A stretch of DNA of 64,000 nt from a virus. Lineage: Duplodnaviria; Caudoviricetes. This document shows, in pieces, positions 8,569 through 16,854 of this stretch. Both the position numbers and the translations under genes were made by a program. Below the pieces are notes generated by a model. That model saw only the letters and a program-made list of their open reading frames with translations. It made no database searches and was not told the origin of the DNA. The DNA lies in IMG/VR virus record IMGVR_UViG_2974637922_000001, positions 32,001 to 96,000 of that record, one strand, 5' to 3'. Position 1 is the stretch's first letter. The number at the start of each line of letters is the position of its first letter.

Positions 8569-9105
8569 ATGGCTATTTTCTCCGAAGAGTTCACCAACAG
8601 CATCAAGTCTAAAGTTGATTCAGTGAAGGATAAATTCACAGGTATCAACATCGGGAAACAGAGTGTTGTTGCTATTGTGGGAGGTACGTTGGTATTCTCT
8701 ACCCTCGCAGTTGGTGCAGTTGGTGCTACAGTTCGTCAGGTTGTTGGTTCTAACATGGCAAAACAATGTAATGTGGCTGTTGGTAACTATGTGGAGTTGG
8801 CTGAAGTTCAGGAAACCGAACTAGTGAGGGCTAATGGATATATTCAATCGGTTCTAGAAAACCCTTGGAGCGCCCTAGTCCTTGGTGCTAGGATGTCTGA
8901 GATGGCAGACGAGATGAGTGCTCGTTGGGATGAGATTGGTGAAGCTGATGATAACTATTTGGAGGCATGTGTTCCTGATAGTGACTTCAAACAATGGGTG
9001 TTTGGTGGATATGTTGAAGCCGATCGGGAAGCTAAGTGGGAAGCAGAATCTACCCTAGAAGATACTCGCCAAATCACAATCAAACTCTCTGAACAACTCG
9101 GATGA
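8569..9105 (+). CDS. Membrane-anchored helical protein
   Basis: TM segment VVAIVGGTLVFSTLAVGAV. Confidence 0.75.
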   Translation: MAIFSEEFTNSIKSKVDSVKDKFTGINIGKQSVVAIVGGTLVFSTLAVGAVGATVRQVVGSNMAKQCNVAVGNYVELAEVQETELVRANGYIQSVLENPWSALVLGARMSEMADEMSARWDEIGEADDNYLEACVPDSDFKQWVFGGYVEADREAKWEAESTLEDTRQITIKLSEQLG

Positions 9106-9353
9106 ACAACCCTTTCGCCTCACTAACTACCGAAGAGTTTATCTCTCTATCTGATGCATGTGCTCTCTCTGAACAAATGTGGAGGGAGCGCTCCCGTTCT
9201 ATAAAAGCAGGGGAGCCACGTTGGTTTTTAGATGGCGAACCTATGTTTACTGAGGAGGAATGTCGCTCAGAGATGAAACGATATCGTGAGTTACAGAAAC
9301 GAGTTTCCTGGTTCACCCTCACACCAGAGGAGAGGGAGGGTGTGCCAGTCTAA
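9102..9353 (+). CDS. Hypothetical protein
   Basis: ATGA-coupled; stop inside R10. Confidence 0.7.
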   Translation: MNNPFASLTTEEFISLSDACALSEQMWRERSRSIKAGEPRWFLDGEPMFTEEECRSEMKRYRELQKRVSWFTLTPEEREGVPV

Positions 9354-9422
9354 GAAGTGGCACAACCCCCCTAGACAAACCCCTCCTTTTCTGCTATACT
9401 ATTCACATACAGACAAAACACT
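9341..9422 (+). promoter_or_regulatory. Repeat R10
   Basis: TGTGCCAGTCTAAGAAGTGGCACA; TAGACA-N17-TATACT. Confidence 0.9.
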
Positions 9423-10328
9423 ATGGCTAAGAATCTCCACCTAGAACACCCAGAAGACCAGCTCCTCACTGGTGACGATAGTGTCATCAGTTGGTTCTAT
9501 GCAACCTCTAGTTCCTCTGTGAAGATGGATGGGGCTCCTGCTATTGTATGGGGAACTAACCCTGAAAATGGTGAGTTCTTTGTTGGAACTAAGTCAGTGT
9601 TTAACAAGAAGAAGATCAAGATATGTTATACTCAGAAGGATATTACAACACTATATGGCCATCAACCTAATGTGGTTGCTATCCTCACTGCCTGTTTGGC
9701 ATACCTCCCCCGCACTGATGTAGTGTATCAGGGTGACTTTATTGGCTTTGGTGGTGATGATACTTACACCCCAAATACTGTCACCTATGTGTTCCCTGAG
9801 GTTGTTGAGGAACGTGTTATCATGGCACCCCATACTTTCTATGTGGGTGAGAAGATGACTGAGATGGATGCCTTCCCTATCTTATCCACTCTAGATGAAT
9901 CACGTCACGTTCACTTTGTTCAACCTACCGTGGATATCTACAACAATAAGGCAAACTGGGAAGAGTTTCAGCGTTGTTATGATGAAGTGAAAGAGGTAGA
10001 TGGTTTCCTAGGTATCAAGAGAGCCGCAGAGGCAAAGATCATCATCAACCAGTTACTCCGTAACAACAAGTATCTTAGTATTCCACTATTGACTGAGATC
10101 TTTGGTACTAAAGAGATGGCTATTCTGTACACCTTCGCACTACATGAGAAGTTCAGAATCCTTGAGGATGCTATCTACTACGATGGTCCCCAGTGTTTGT
10201 TAGATGGTGATGATGTAGAGGCTGAGGGTATTGTTAGAACCAATCAGTTTGGTTCTATGAAACTCGTCAATCGTTACATCTTCAGTGTAGCAAACTTCAA
10301 CAACAGTAAGTTCAGAGAGGTTAAGTAA
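9423..10328 (+). CDS. ATP-dependent ligase-superfamily (RNA-ligase-like) nucleotidyltransferase domain protein
   Basis: Motif I KMDG, motif III-like YQGDF, motif IV EGIV, motif V MKLV; N-terminal HLEHPED recalled from cyanophage proteins. Confidence 0.65.
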   Translation: MAKNLHLEHPEDQLLTGDDSVISWFYATSSSSVKMDGAPAIVWGTNPENGEFFVGTKSVFNKKKIKICYTQKDITTLYGHQPNVVAILTACLAYLPRTDVVYQGDFIGFGGDDTYTPNTVTYVFPEVVEERVIMAPHTFYVGEKMTEMDAFPILSTLDESRHVHFVQPTVDIYNNKANWEEFQRCYDEVKEVDGFLGIKRAAEAKIIINQLLRNNKYLSIPLLTEIFGTKEMAILYTFALHEKFRILEDAIYYDGPQCLLDGDDVEAEGIVRTNQFGSMKLVNRYIFSVANFNNSKFREVK

Positions 10329-10522
10329 TGATTGACTTCGATACTCTAACCCACGAAGAACTAGAGAGACTATCTGATGACTGTGAAGACTTTCTTCTTC
10401 ATAGAAATATACCTCTAAGGTCACATTCCTATGAGAATATCATCAGACATGCTATCTTGGAAGGATACCAACTCTCTCGGTATCCTGGTGTGACACCTGG
10501 GAAACTGGCACAAGACCCCTAG
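10328..10522 (+). CDS. Hypothetical protein
   Basis: TAATG-coupled; reads through dyad R11. Confidence 0.7.
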   Translation: MIDFDTLTHEELERLSDDCEDFLLHRNIPLRSHSYENIIRHAILEGYQLSRYPGVTPGKLAQDP

Positions 10523-10572
10523 ACAAACCAGACCACACCTGCTATACTATATTCATACCAAACAAACAACCC
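10489..10572 (+). promoter_or_regulatory. Repeat R11
   Basis: TGTGACACCTGGGAAACTGGCACA; TAGACA...TGCTATACT. Confidence 0.9.
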
Positions 10573-10830
10573 ATGCAACTCACAGCACAACACGCAAACA
10601 TCGTTGTTGATTTCTACCCTGTCAAGTACTCTGATGGCACTATCAGTGAGCGTCTAATGTATAAAACAGTGAAGTTCGTTGGTTCACCTGCATCTAAGTC
10701 ATATATCAACAAAGAATCCTTTGAAAAGGAAGTTGATTCTCGTGTGTATGGTTTTGGTTATGAGGTAACTGATCTACATACAGAGCCACAACTCTTCAAC
10801 TCTGCACTTGTTCAAACTCGCTGGTCATAA
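10573..10830 (+). CDS. Hypothetical protein (MQLT..VVDFYPVK..PQLFNS)
   Basis: Follows R11. Confidence 0.75.
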   Translation: MQLTAQHANIVVDFYPVKYSDGTISERLMYKTVKFVGSPASKSYINKESFEKEVDSRVYGFGYEVTDLHTEPQLFNSALVQTRWS

Positions 10831-10832
10831 GT

Positions 10833-11024
10833 ATGAATTACACACAACGTTTGTATGAGGCTGAACAACTCTCTACTATGTGTTACCTTTGTAATATTGA
10901 CCTAACGGAATGTATTACAGAGGTTTCTGATTACCTAGAGTTGGGTTATAATGACAGTAAAGATATTGCCTCAGGTACCTATAAAGTTCTCTCAACAATG
11001 AATCCCCATGAGCCTATCAAATGA
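10833..11024 (+). CDS. Hypothetical protein
   Basis: ORF track. Confidence 0.65.
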   Translation: MNYTQRLYEAEQLSTMCYLCNIDLTECITEVSDYLELGYNDSKDIASGTYKVLSTMNPHEPIK

Positions 11025-11367
11025 ATCAATGAGCAAGCTTGTCGATAACATTGCCTCTGATGTTTTCCATCTTATTGCTTCTGACCCATACTATACTGAG
11101 ACCTTTATGAATCTATTACCCGGTGCAATCACTGAGGTTATTGGTGATACTTCCCCTGAACTTATTGGTGAGTTGGGTGGTAGAATCATGGACAGAGTTG
11201 GGGTTGATGGATGTGATGTCAATTCCGATAAAGTATGGGAGCAAAGGTATAGATCTCTGTTTCACTATGTTAAAAAGAACTACGCATCAGAGTATGTTGA
11301 TGGGGCAGAATATGGTCAGATGGGTACAATGTATGGAGATTTTACTAGTACCTCGGAGTTAGACTGA
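11008..11367 (+). CDS. Hypothetical acidic protein
   Basis: ORF track. Confidence 0.7.
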   Translation: MSLSNESMSKLVDNIASDVFHLIASDPYYTETFMNLLPGAITEVIGDTSPELIGELGGRIMDRVGVDGCDVNSDKVWEQRYRSLFHYVKKNYASEYVDGAEYGQMGTMYGDFTSTSELD

Positions 11368-11570
11368 TGCCATCATTTACACCCTATGGTAGATACCAAC
11401 TAACATCAGTTCAGGTAGATTTGATCCTACACTGCATGAGTGAGTATAAAGGACTCACCACACAGGAAGATAACGAGAGGAGAAAGATTGTAGAAGAACT
11501 TAGCAACTCTTTTGCTGATACTGACCCATCAGATCCTTACCTAGATCATTACTATACTTGTGACTATTGA
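11367..11570 (+). CDS. Hypothetical protein
   Basis: TGATG-coupled. Confidence 0.65.
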   Translation: MPSFTPYGRYQLTSVQVDLILHCMSEYKGLTTQEDNERRKIVEELSNSFADTDPSDPYLDHYYTCDY

Positions 11571-11944
11571 TGAATGAACTCTTTCCTTTTCCTGGTTTCC
11601 AGTATAGATTAGACTATACAGATAACGGAACCCCAAAGCTATGTTGGTTTGAATGTGAGGATCATTTAGCCAAACATATATCTAGATACAAACTAACAAA
11701 GAAAACTCACAGGGCAAAGATCCAAACCCCTCGCGGTGTGAAGTTGGCGAAAGACCCGCTAGCCACCAAACCAGCCAGGAAACGGAAAACCACCCCCTCA
11801 AAACCCAGTGATACCAAGGGTTCTAAAGTATCAAAAACTACAAAATCCATAACGAAGGGCAAGAAGGTAGAAACACCCACCCCCTCCCGTAGGAAAGCGA
11901 AGAAATCAGTTTTTAGTACCGTGGAGGACTTCTTTACCAAATGA
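11567..11944 (+). CDS. Protein with conserved-looking N-terminus (FPFPGFQYRL..CWFECEDHL) and Lys-rich tail
   Basis: ORF track. Confidence 0.7.
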   Translation: MMNELFPFPGFQYRLDYTDNGTPKLCWFECEDHLAKHISRYKLTKKTHRAKIQTPRGVKLAKDPLATKPARKRKTTPSKPSDTKGSKVSKTTKSITKGKKVETPTPSRRKAKKSVFSTVEDFFTK

Positions 11945-12132
11945 TTGTACCTAACGAATCAGAATTGCTTCACCTAAAGATACAAGCAGCAATGAGGGAG
12001 AATGCTTTTCCTCACAATCAGTTGATGTATCTGGGTGAGAGAGAAGATCAACACTGGTATCTAATAGCAGGAAAACATGAAGTGCCGGTAACAATGTTAG
12101 AAGGATTTGAGAGGATTGATGATGAAGAATGA
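11941..12132 (+). CDS. Hypothetical protein (..HWYLIAGKHEVP..)
   Basis: ATGA-coupled. Confidence 0.7.
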   Translation: MIVPNESELLHLKIQAAMRENAFPHNQLMYLGEREDQHWYLIAGKHEVPVTMLEGFERIDDEE

Positions 12133-12274
12133 TAAACTAAAGACATATCACCTAAAGGTAAAGTTTATGGATGAACTAACCTATGGTCAGTTTATTACAG
12201 CACCCAGTGAAGAGGAAGCCATGAGACTTTTCATTGAGGAGTATATCTACATCGCATCGGAGAGAGACACATGA
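12122..12274 (+). CDS. Small protein, 50 aa (MKNDKLKTYHLKV..)
   Basis: Hand-translated; fills gap, ATGA overlap with next ORF. Confidence 0.55.
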   Translation: MKNDKLKTYHLKVKFMDELTYGQFITAPSEEEAMRLFIEEYIYIASERDT

Positions 12275-12462
12275 ACCACAATAAGGTAGCAGAGGCTCTT
12301 CATGAAGAAGTAACTGATTATATCTTTAAGAACCATTATCGCCATATCAAATCAGTTTATACTGATGTTGTTGAGGAATACATAGAGAGGGAAGTGGGTC
12401 CTCTAACTGAGAAGAACCACAAACAACTAGTTAAACAACTCGTTAAATTCTACATCTCCTGA
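12271..12462 (+). CDS. Hypothetical protein
   Basis: ORF track. Confidence 0.65.
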   Translation: MNHNKVAEALHEEVTDYIFKNHYRHIKSVYTDVVEEYIEREVGPLTEKNHKQLVKQLVKFYIS

Positions 12463-12476
12463 TTGAGCTTTTCGTT

Positions 12477-12686
12477 ATGTCTTCACCATCAGCATTCACA
12501 CCAGCATTAGGTCTAGAAGTTGAATACAGGGGCTTTGTGGGTTATATCAAGTTTATAGATGAAGAATATTTAACAGTGTGTGTGAAGAAGAAAGAGCACC
12601 AAATGTTTGGTGATGTTTGTATGGTTGTGTATCCAAGTCAGTGGGAACACATTAAACTAATGGGCGGACCTCACAGAGACCGCTAG
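12477..12686 (+). CDS. Hypothetical small beta-rich protein (GLEVEYRGFVGYIKFI..)
   Basis: ORF track; stop inside R12. Confidence 0.7.
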   Translation: MSSPSAFTPALGLEVEYRGFVGYIKFIDEEYLTVCVKKKEHQMFGDVCMVVYPSQWEHIKLMGGPHRDR

Positions 12687-12770
12687 GACAGTTGGAGAAG
12701 TGTCACAAGGGGGGTTCGCAACCCTCCTTTTTTATGCTATACTATATTCATACCAAAGGGAACCACCCCC
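12684..12770 (+). promoter_or_regulatory. Repeat R12 with terminator-like hairpin
   Basis: TAGGACAGTTGGAGAAGTGTCACA; GGGGGGTT-CGC-AACCCTCC-TTTTTT; TGCTATACT. Confidence 0.85.
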
Positions 12771-12917
12771 ATGACTATCAACTTCAAAAGTCTATTCATC
12801 ACCACTTGTGTGGGTCTCACCCTAATACTAGGGAGCTTCGCTTTTACCAGTGATTATGGTACTGAGACCGGGCGTGGCGAACAGACTGAGAGCCCTTACT
12901 ACGGACCCGCTTTCTAA
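12771..12917 (+). CDS. Small membrane/exported peptide, 48 aa
   Basis: Hand-translated; cassette R12-R13. Confidence 0.7.
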   Translation: MTINFKSLFITTCVGLTLILGSFAFTSDYGTETGRGEQTESPYYGPAF

Positions 12918-12985
12918 AGTGGCACAAGGGGGGTTGGCAAGACCCTCTACACCTGCTATACTAAACACATACCAAACAAGGAACC
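12903..12985 (+). promoter_or_regulatory. Repeat R13 (left arm degenerate)
   Basis: ...AAGTGGCACA; TTGGCA...TGCTATACT. Confidence 0.85.
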
Positions 12986-13162
12986 ATGTTCAAACTTCAA
13001 CTTAAGTGGCAGAAAGGAGGTGAGTGGATTGATACAGTATACGCTCCTACAGAATACGCAACAGCTTTCTTTCGTTGGAGACAGTACCAAGAGCTTTGGG
13101 GTGATACTCACACCTATCGCCTCCTCGATGTGACACCTCAGGAAGTGGCACAAGCCTCCTAG
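12986..13162 (+). CDS. Small Trp-rich protein, 58 aa (MFKLQLKWQKGGEW..)
   Basis: Hand-translated; cassette R13-R14, reads through dyad. Confidence 0.7.
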   Translation: MFKLQLKWQKGGEWIDTVYAPTEYATAFFRWRQYQELWGDTHTYRLLDVTPQEVAQAS

Positions 13163-13211
13163 GCAAACCACCCCACACCTGCTATACTAAACACATACCA
13201 AACAAAGAACC
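13129..13211 (+). promoter_or_regulatory. Repeat R14
   Basis: TGTGACACCTCAGGAAGTGGCACA; promoter part nearly identical to R2. Confidence 0.9.
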
Positions 13212-13493
13212 ATGAATTTCAAGTCCTTCCTTCTCTCCTCTCTCATCGTTACCACTGGGCTAGTAGCTTCAGCACCAGGAGCCAAAGCCGCTGAATGTTT
13301 CAATGGTGATGGATATCGGGTTTGTATGGAGAGCTTAGGCATGAATCGTTGGGAAGTATCCTTTGAGAACAATCACGGATCAGAGTTTATGGAGGTTCAG
13401 TGTATTGGCAAGAGTGTGAGTGATTGGACCTCACGGGGTGATTTGAGTCAGTCTGAAGCACAGTATCTCGCAGAGGAATTCTGTTCCTGGTAA
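13212..13493 (+). CDS. Predicted exported 4-Cys protein, paralog of 16458..16775
   Basis: Signal peptide ..APGAKA; four Cys. Confidence 0.8.
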   Translation: MNFKSFLLSSLIVTTGLVASAPGAKAAECFNGDGYRVCMESLGMNRWEVSFENNHGSEFMEVQCIGKSVSDWTSRGDLSQSEAQYLAEEFCSW

Positions 13494-13526
13494 GATACAC
13501 CAACTAACCAACTCTACACTATTATC

Positions 13527-13682
13527 ATGTTTGTATCCTTCACTGAAATCCAAGACTACATTCGCGAAGATCAATACACATATAGTGAGCGCCAGTTCCG
13601 CTCACGCAAGTATAAAAAGAACGAACGTCGTTACCAACGTCGCCAGAAACAACAACAAAGAGACCGCACCTACGACGTGTGA
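13527..13682 (+). CDS. Small Arg/Gln-rich protein, 51 aa
   Basis: Hand-translated MFVSFTEIQDYIRED..; stop GTG-TGA in R15. Confidence 0.65.
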   Translation: MFVSFTEIQDYIREDQYTYSERQFRSRKYKKNERRYQRRQKQQQRDRTYDV

Positions 13683-13761
13683 CAGTTGGAGAAGTGGCAC
13701 ACGCTTCTCCGCAAACCCCTAAGGGGGTGCTATACTATATTCATACCAAAGGGAACCACCC
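13678..13761 (+). promoter_or_regulatory. Repeat R15
   Basis: TGTGACAGTTGGAGAAGTGGCACA; TCCGCA-N17-TATACT. Confidence 0.9.
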
Positions 13762-13986
13762 ATGACCACCACCACTCCAAACCTCTACAACGAAGCTATC
13801 CGTCGTTTGGCTGACGGGTTCTCCTCAGAGTTCGCTGAGTTCTGTGCAGGAGACGAGAGGGTTCACGAGATCATGATGGAACTCGCTAGTGAGTTCGTAG
13901 AAACTAATATCCCTGTAGTGAGTGAGGACAGCCAGACTGACGTGGCATCTGAGCTCCTCATGAGTATCACAGTCACCAAGGTGTGA
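13762..13986 (+). CDS. Hypothetical acidic protein
   Basis: Cassette R15-R16. Confidence 0.75.
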   Translation: MTTTTPNLYNEAIRRLADGFSSEFAEFCAGDERVHEIMMELASEFVETNIPVVSEDSQTDVASELLMSITVTKV

Positions 13987-14066
13987 CAGTCTAGGAACTG
14001 GCACAAGGGGGGTTGGCAACACCCCCCAAACCCCTTATAATAAACACATACCAAACAACCCAGACC
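13982..14066 (+). promoter_or_regulatory. Repeat R16
   Basis: TGTGACAGTCTAGGAACTGGCACA; TTGGCA...TATAAT. Confidence 0.9.
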
Positions 14067-14615
14067 ATGAACTTCAAGAAACTCTTCCTTTCCGCCCTCG
14101 CACTTGGTTCAGTTGTAGCCCCTTCAGCAAACGCTGGTTATACCTATGAGGGTTATCACTTGATGGATGGTTCTGACTTTCCTGGTTATGAGAGAGTGGC
14201 AACCCCAATGATTCAGGCTCTCAATGAAATGGGTGTTCCTGTTGTTGATGGTGGTAAGAATAACGTAGAAATGTGTATTCCTGAAGAGGAAAAGATGACT
14301 CTTGGTTTCTACGTTCCAGCATCCAATGTGATGGTTATCTGTACCAAGTCTATCCCAGGTTGGCTCCAGATGGAGACACTTACCCACGAAACAGTTCATG
14401 TCATCCAAGACGCACGGGCTGGTATTGATAACGGAGATTTGGGAGAGGCACCAACCGATCACCTTATCACCCTCGCTAATGAGATGGATCCCGATAAGAT
14501 GAATATCATCTACAGCCTCTACGATGAGTCTGATTACGCAGTAGAGATTGAAGCTTTCTACTTTGAAACAGAACCCCAGGTGGTTATGAATGAGATCCAG
14601 AAGTGGGCATTCTGA
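14067..14615 (+). CDS. Predicted exported zinc metallopeptidase-like protein
   Basis: Signal peptide ..APSANA; HExxH (THETVHVIQ) and downstream EIEAF. Confidence 0.75.
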   Translation: MNFKKLFLSALALGSVVAPSANAGYTYEGYHLMDGSDFPGYERVATPMIQALNEMGVPVVDGGKNNVEMCIPEEEKMTLGFYVPASNVMVICTKSIPGWLQMETLTHETVHVIQDARAGIDNGDLGEAPTDHLITLANEMDPDKMNIIYSLYDESDYAVEIEAFYFETEPQVVMNEIQKWAF

Positions 14616-14657
14616 TACACTAAGTAACACTCACCAAACACACTAACTAACAACATC

Positions 14658-15044
14658 ATGGGCACACGTTCACGCATCGGTTATCAACTTCCAACTGGCA
14701 ATATCGTTTCTGTGTATCATCATTGGGATTCCTATCCTACGTGGTTGGGTAAGAGACTCACCAAAAACTATATCACTGATAAAACTATCACCGAACTGAT
14801 TGATGGTGGTGATATGTCATCTATCGAGAGTAATCGCGACTGGGATCTTAATGAAGTTGCCCCACATGTTCAGTATTATTCACAACGTGGTGACACTGGA
14901 TGTGAACCCCTCCTTCACAAAAACCAAAGAGAGTTTATCAAAACCACTGTAGACTGTTGGGGTGAGTATTCCTACTTATACAGGAATGGACGTTGGTTCT
15001 GTTATGATGAGAAGGGTAAGTCTGTTTCACTGAAGAACTTATGA
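14658..15044 (+). CDS. Phage hypothetical protein (MGTRSRIG..VYHHWDSYP.WLG)
   Basis: Motif recalled from phage hypotheticals. Confidence 0.8.
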   Translation: MGTRSRIGYQLPTGNIVSVYHHWDSYPTWLGKRLTKNYITDKTITELIDGGDMSSIESNRDWDLNEVAPHVQYYSQRGDTGCEPLLHKNQREFIKTTVDCWGEYSYLYRNGRWFCYDEKGKSVSLKNL

Positions 15045-15376
15045 TTAGCAAACTGTTTTCACTATCTGTTGTTCTTGCGGGTTCTATCTTACCCGCACAG
15101 GCATACCCCAATATCGTATATTGGGAACGCATTGATTGTAACCTCATCACCGAAACTATCCAGAAGTGTGATAGGTACAATGGGCAGAATGGAGTTTTCA
15201 TCGAATCATACTACCTGGACATATACACAAACGAACATAGCTTTATAGATCCACGAGGACCTGAAATAGTTGTACCTGATGTAATAGAAGAAGAGACACT
15301 AGATGATATCCAACCTGATGTAGAATACAACGAACCGATAACAACAACAGACCCACTCCTGAATGATAGTTACTGA
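15041..15376 (+). CDS. Predicted exported protein with acidic tail
   Basis: Signal peptide ..PAQA. Confidence 0.7.
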   Translation: MISKLFSLSVVLAGSILPAQAYPNIVYWERIDCNLITETIQKCDRYNGQNGVFIESYYLDIYTNEHSFIDPRGPEIVVPDVIEEETLDDIQPDVEYNEPITTTDPLLNDSY

Positions 15377-15377
15377 T

Positions 15378-15524
15378 TTTTCCATATTCCTGTCGGCAAC
15401 CACCTCCTACCATACCCCCTGCCAAACCGATATGGTTTTTTCACCTTTCCCGTCTAGTGGCTCACTGGTGTCTCAGCGAGGCACAAATGAGATTTCACCC
15501 CCATACCACCCCTCTGACCAAAAC
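15378..15524 (+). repeat. Second repeat family, copy B
   Basis: Colinear blocks with 6147-6292. Confidence 0.8.
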
Positions 15525-15529
15525 GGATC

Positions 15530-15841
15530 ATGAAACGCTACGGACTTTATTGGCTGAGAGCTATCACCCTGGGAGCTGGTTTGAACTTTGTTTTGACTGG
15601 TTACCTTATGGGTCACCAAAAGTGGAAGTTTCAACATGCAGCTCCACTCTCAGCGTTTATCTGTGTGAATCTATCGTATGTGGCAGATCGTCTTATCTTT
15701 GGCGATAAGAAGGAACCTGAAGATTTAGATCCAGATACTATTGTTATATCAACCCCACACTGTTGCCCCGTATGTTCAGAGTATCCTTGCACTTGTGACA
15801 GTTGGGAAAGTGGCACAACCCCCCTAGGCAACACCCTCTGA
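15530..15841 (+). CDS. Two-TM protein with C-terminal Cys cluster (CCPVCSEYPCTC)
   Basis: ORF track; reads through R17. Confidence 0.65.
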   Translation: MKRYGLYWLRAITLGAGLNFVLTGYLMGHQKWKFQHAAPLSAFICVNLSYVADRLIFGDKKEPEDLDPDTIVISTPHCCPVCSEYPCTCDSWESGTTPLGNTL

Positions 15842-15877
15842 ACCTGCTATACTAAACACATACCAAAGGAACCAACC
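15794..15877 (+). promoter_or_regulatory. Repeat R17
   Basis: TGTGACAGTTGGGAAAGTGGCACA; TAGGCA...TGCTATACT. Confidence 0.9.
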
Positions 15878-16075
15878 ATGAAAGTCTCTCAGGAAGTTTT
15901 CAAGAGTTACATTCAGATACTGGATGAAAACACACAAACATCATGGGATATCCTAAATGTTTTGAATGATATTGTTAGAGGTGACTGGGATAACTCAGTC
16001 CAGTATTGTTTGGAAAATCCATCAGGCGACCCTATGGATGATTTCAACTACGCAGGCAGTCGCCACCACTATTGA
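15878..16075 (+). CDS. Hypothetical protein (..DDFNYAGSRHHY)
   Basis: Follows R17. Confidence 0.75.
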   Translation: MKVSQEVFKSYIQILDENTQTSWDILNVLNDIVRGDWDNSVQYCLENPSGDPMDDFNYAGSRHHY

Positions 16076-16104
16076 TCACTAACTCACCACACCAACTAAC
16101 AACT

Positions 16105-16389
16105 ATGACACGCACTCCAATCACAGTTACCCTCAAGCGTAGCGAATGGGAATGTTATACAGACACTCCTGATACTATCATCGAAACCATCAACACATAC
16201 TTCTCTTATGTGTTATCAACTAAAGATAACGCATTTGATGCACAAGCTGAGATATTTAAGTTTCTGAATATGTTTAGTGAGTTTGGGTTTATGGATAGTG
16301 AGTGCCTAGAATGTGCAACTAGAGTTATCAATCGTTACTTTGATTCATATCTTTCCCGCTGGAGTCAGGTGGGTGATGTGACAGTCTAG
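16105..16389 (+). CDS. Hypothetical protein (MTRTPITV..)
   Basis: In frame with track ORF 16072..16389; stop inside R18. Confidence 0.7.
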   Translation: MTRTPITVTLKRSEWECYTDTPDTIIETINTYFSYVLSTKDNAFDAQAEIFKFLNMFSEFGFMDSECLECATRVINRYFDSYLSRWSQVGDVTV

Positions 16390-16457
16390 GAACTGGCACA
16401 CGCTTCTCCGCAAACCCCTCAGGGGGTGCTATACTATATTCATACCAAAGGAACCAA
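16377..16457 (+). promoter_or_regulatory. Repeat R18
   Basis: TGTGACAGTCTAGGAACTGGCACA; TCCGCA...TGCTATACT. Confidence 0.9.
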
Positions 16458-16775
16458 ATGAATTTCAGAACACTAGCACTCACCACCACCCTGGCTCTCT
16501 CCACTGTCCTAGGTGGTTTGGCTCCTGAAGCTAAGTCAGCTGACTTTTGTGACAACATCCCCGGCAACTCGGGATACGTTTGTGTTACCATGGGTCTCTG
16601 GTTCGACTTGGTTGAGGCAGACATACCCGCCTTTGGTGGTAAAGAGTCATTACACATCACCTGTGACGGTGGCTGGTCCTACCGTTCGAATGGCAACTGG
16701 AACAAAGACGCCGCTTCCCTTGTGGCTAAGGAGTACTGTGAAGGTGCTGGCTGGAACAGCCACTCCGAGGTGTGA
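16458..16775 (+). CDS. Predicted exported 4-Cys protein, paralog of 13212..13493
   Basis: Signal peptide; cassette R18-R19. Confidence 0.8.
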   Translation: MNFRTLALTTTLALSTVLGGLAPEAKSADFCDNIPGNSGYVCVTMGLWFDLVEADIPAFGGKESLHITCDGGWSYRSNGNWNKDAASLVAKEYCEGAGWNSHSEV

Positions 16776-16854
16776 CAGTTGAGGAAGTGGCACACGCTTC
16801 CCCCAAAACCCCTCAGGGGGTGCTATACTATATTCATACCAAACAAGGAAACCA
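16771..16854 (+). promoter_or_regulatory. Repeat R19
   Basis: TGTGACAGTTGAGGAAGTGGCACA; TGCTATACT. Confidence 0.9.
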
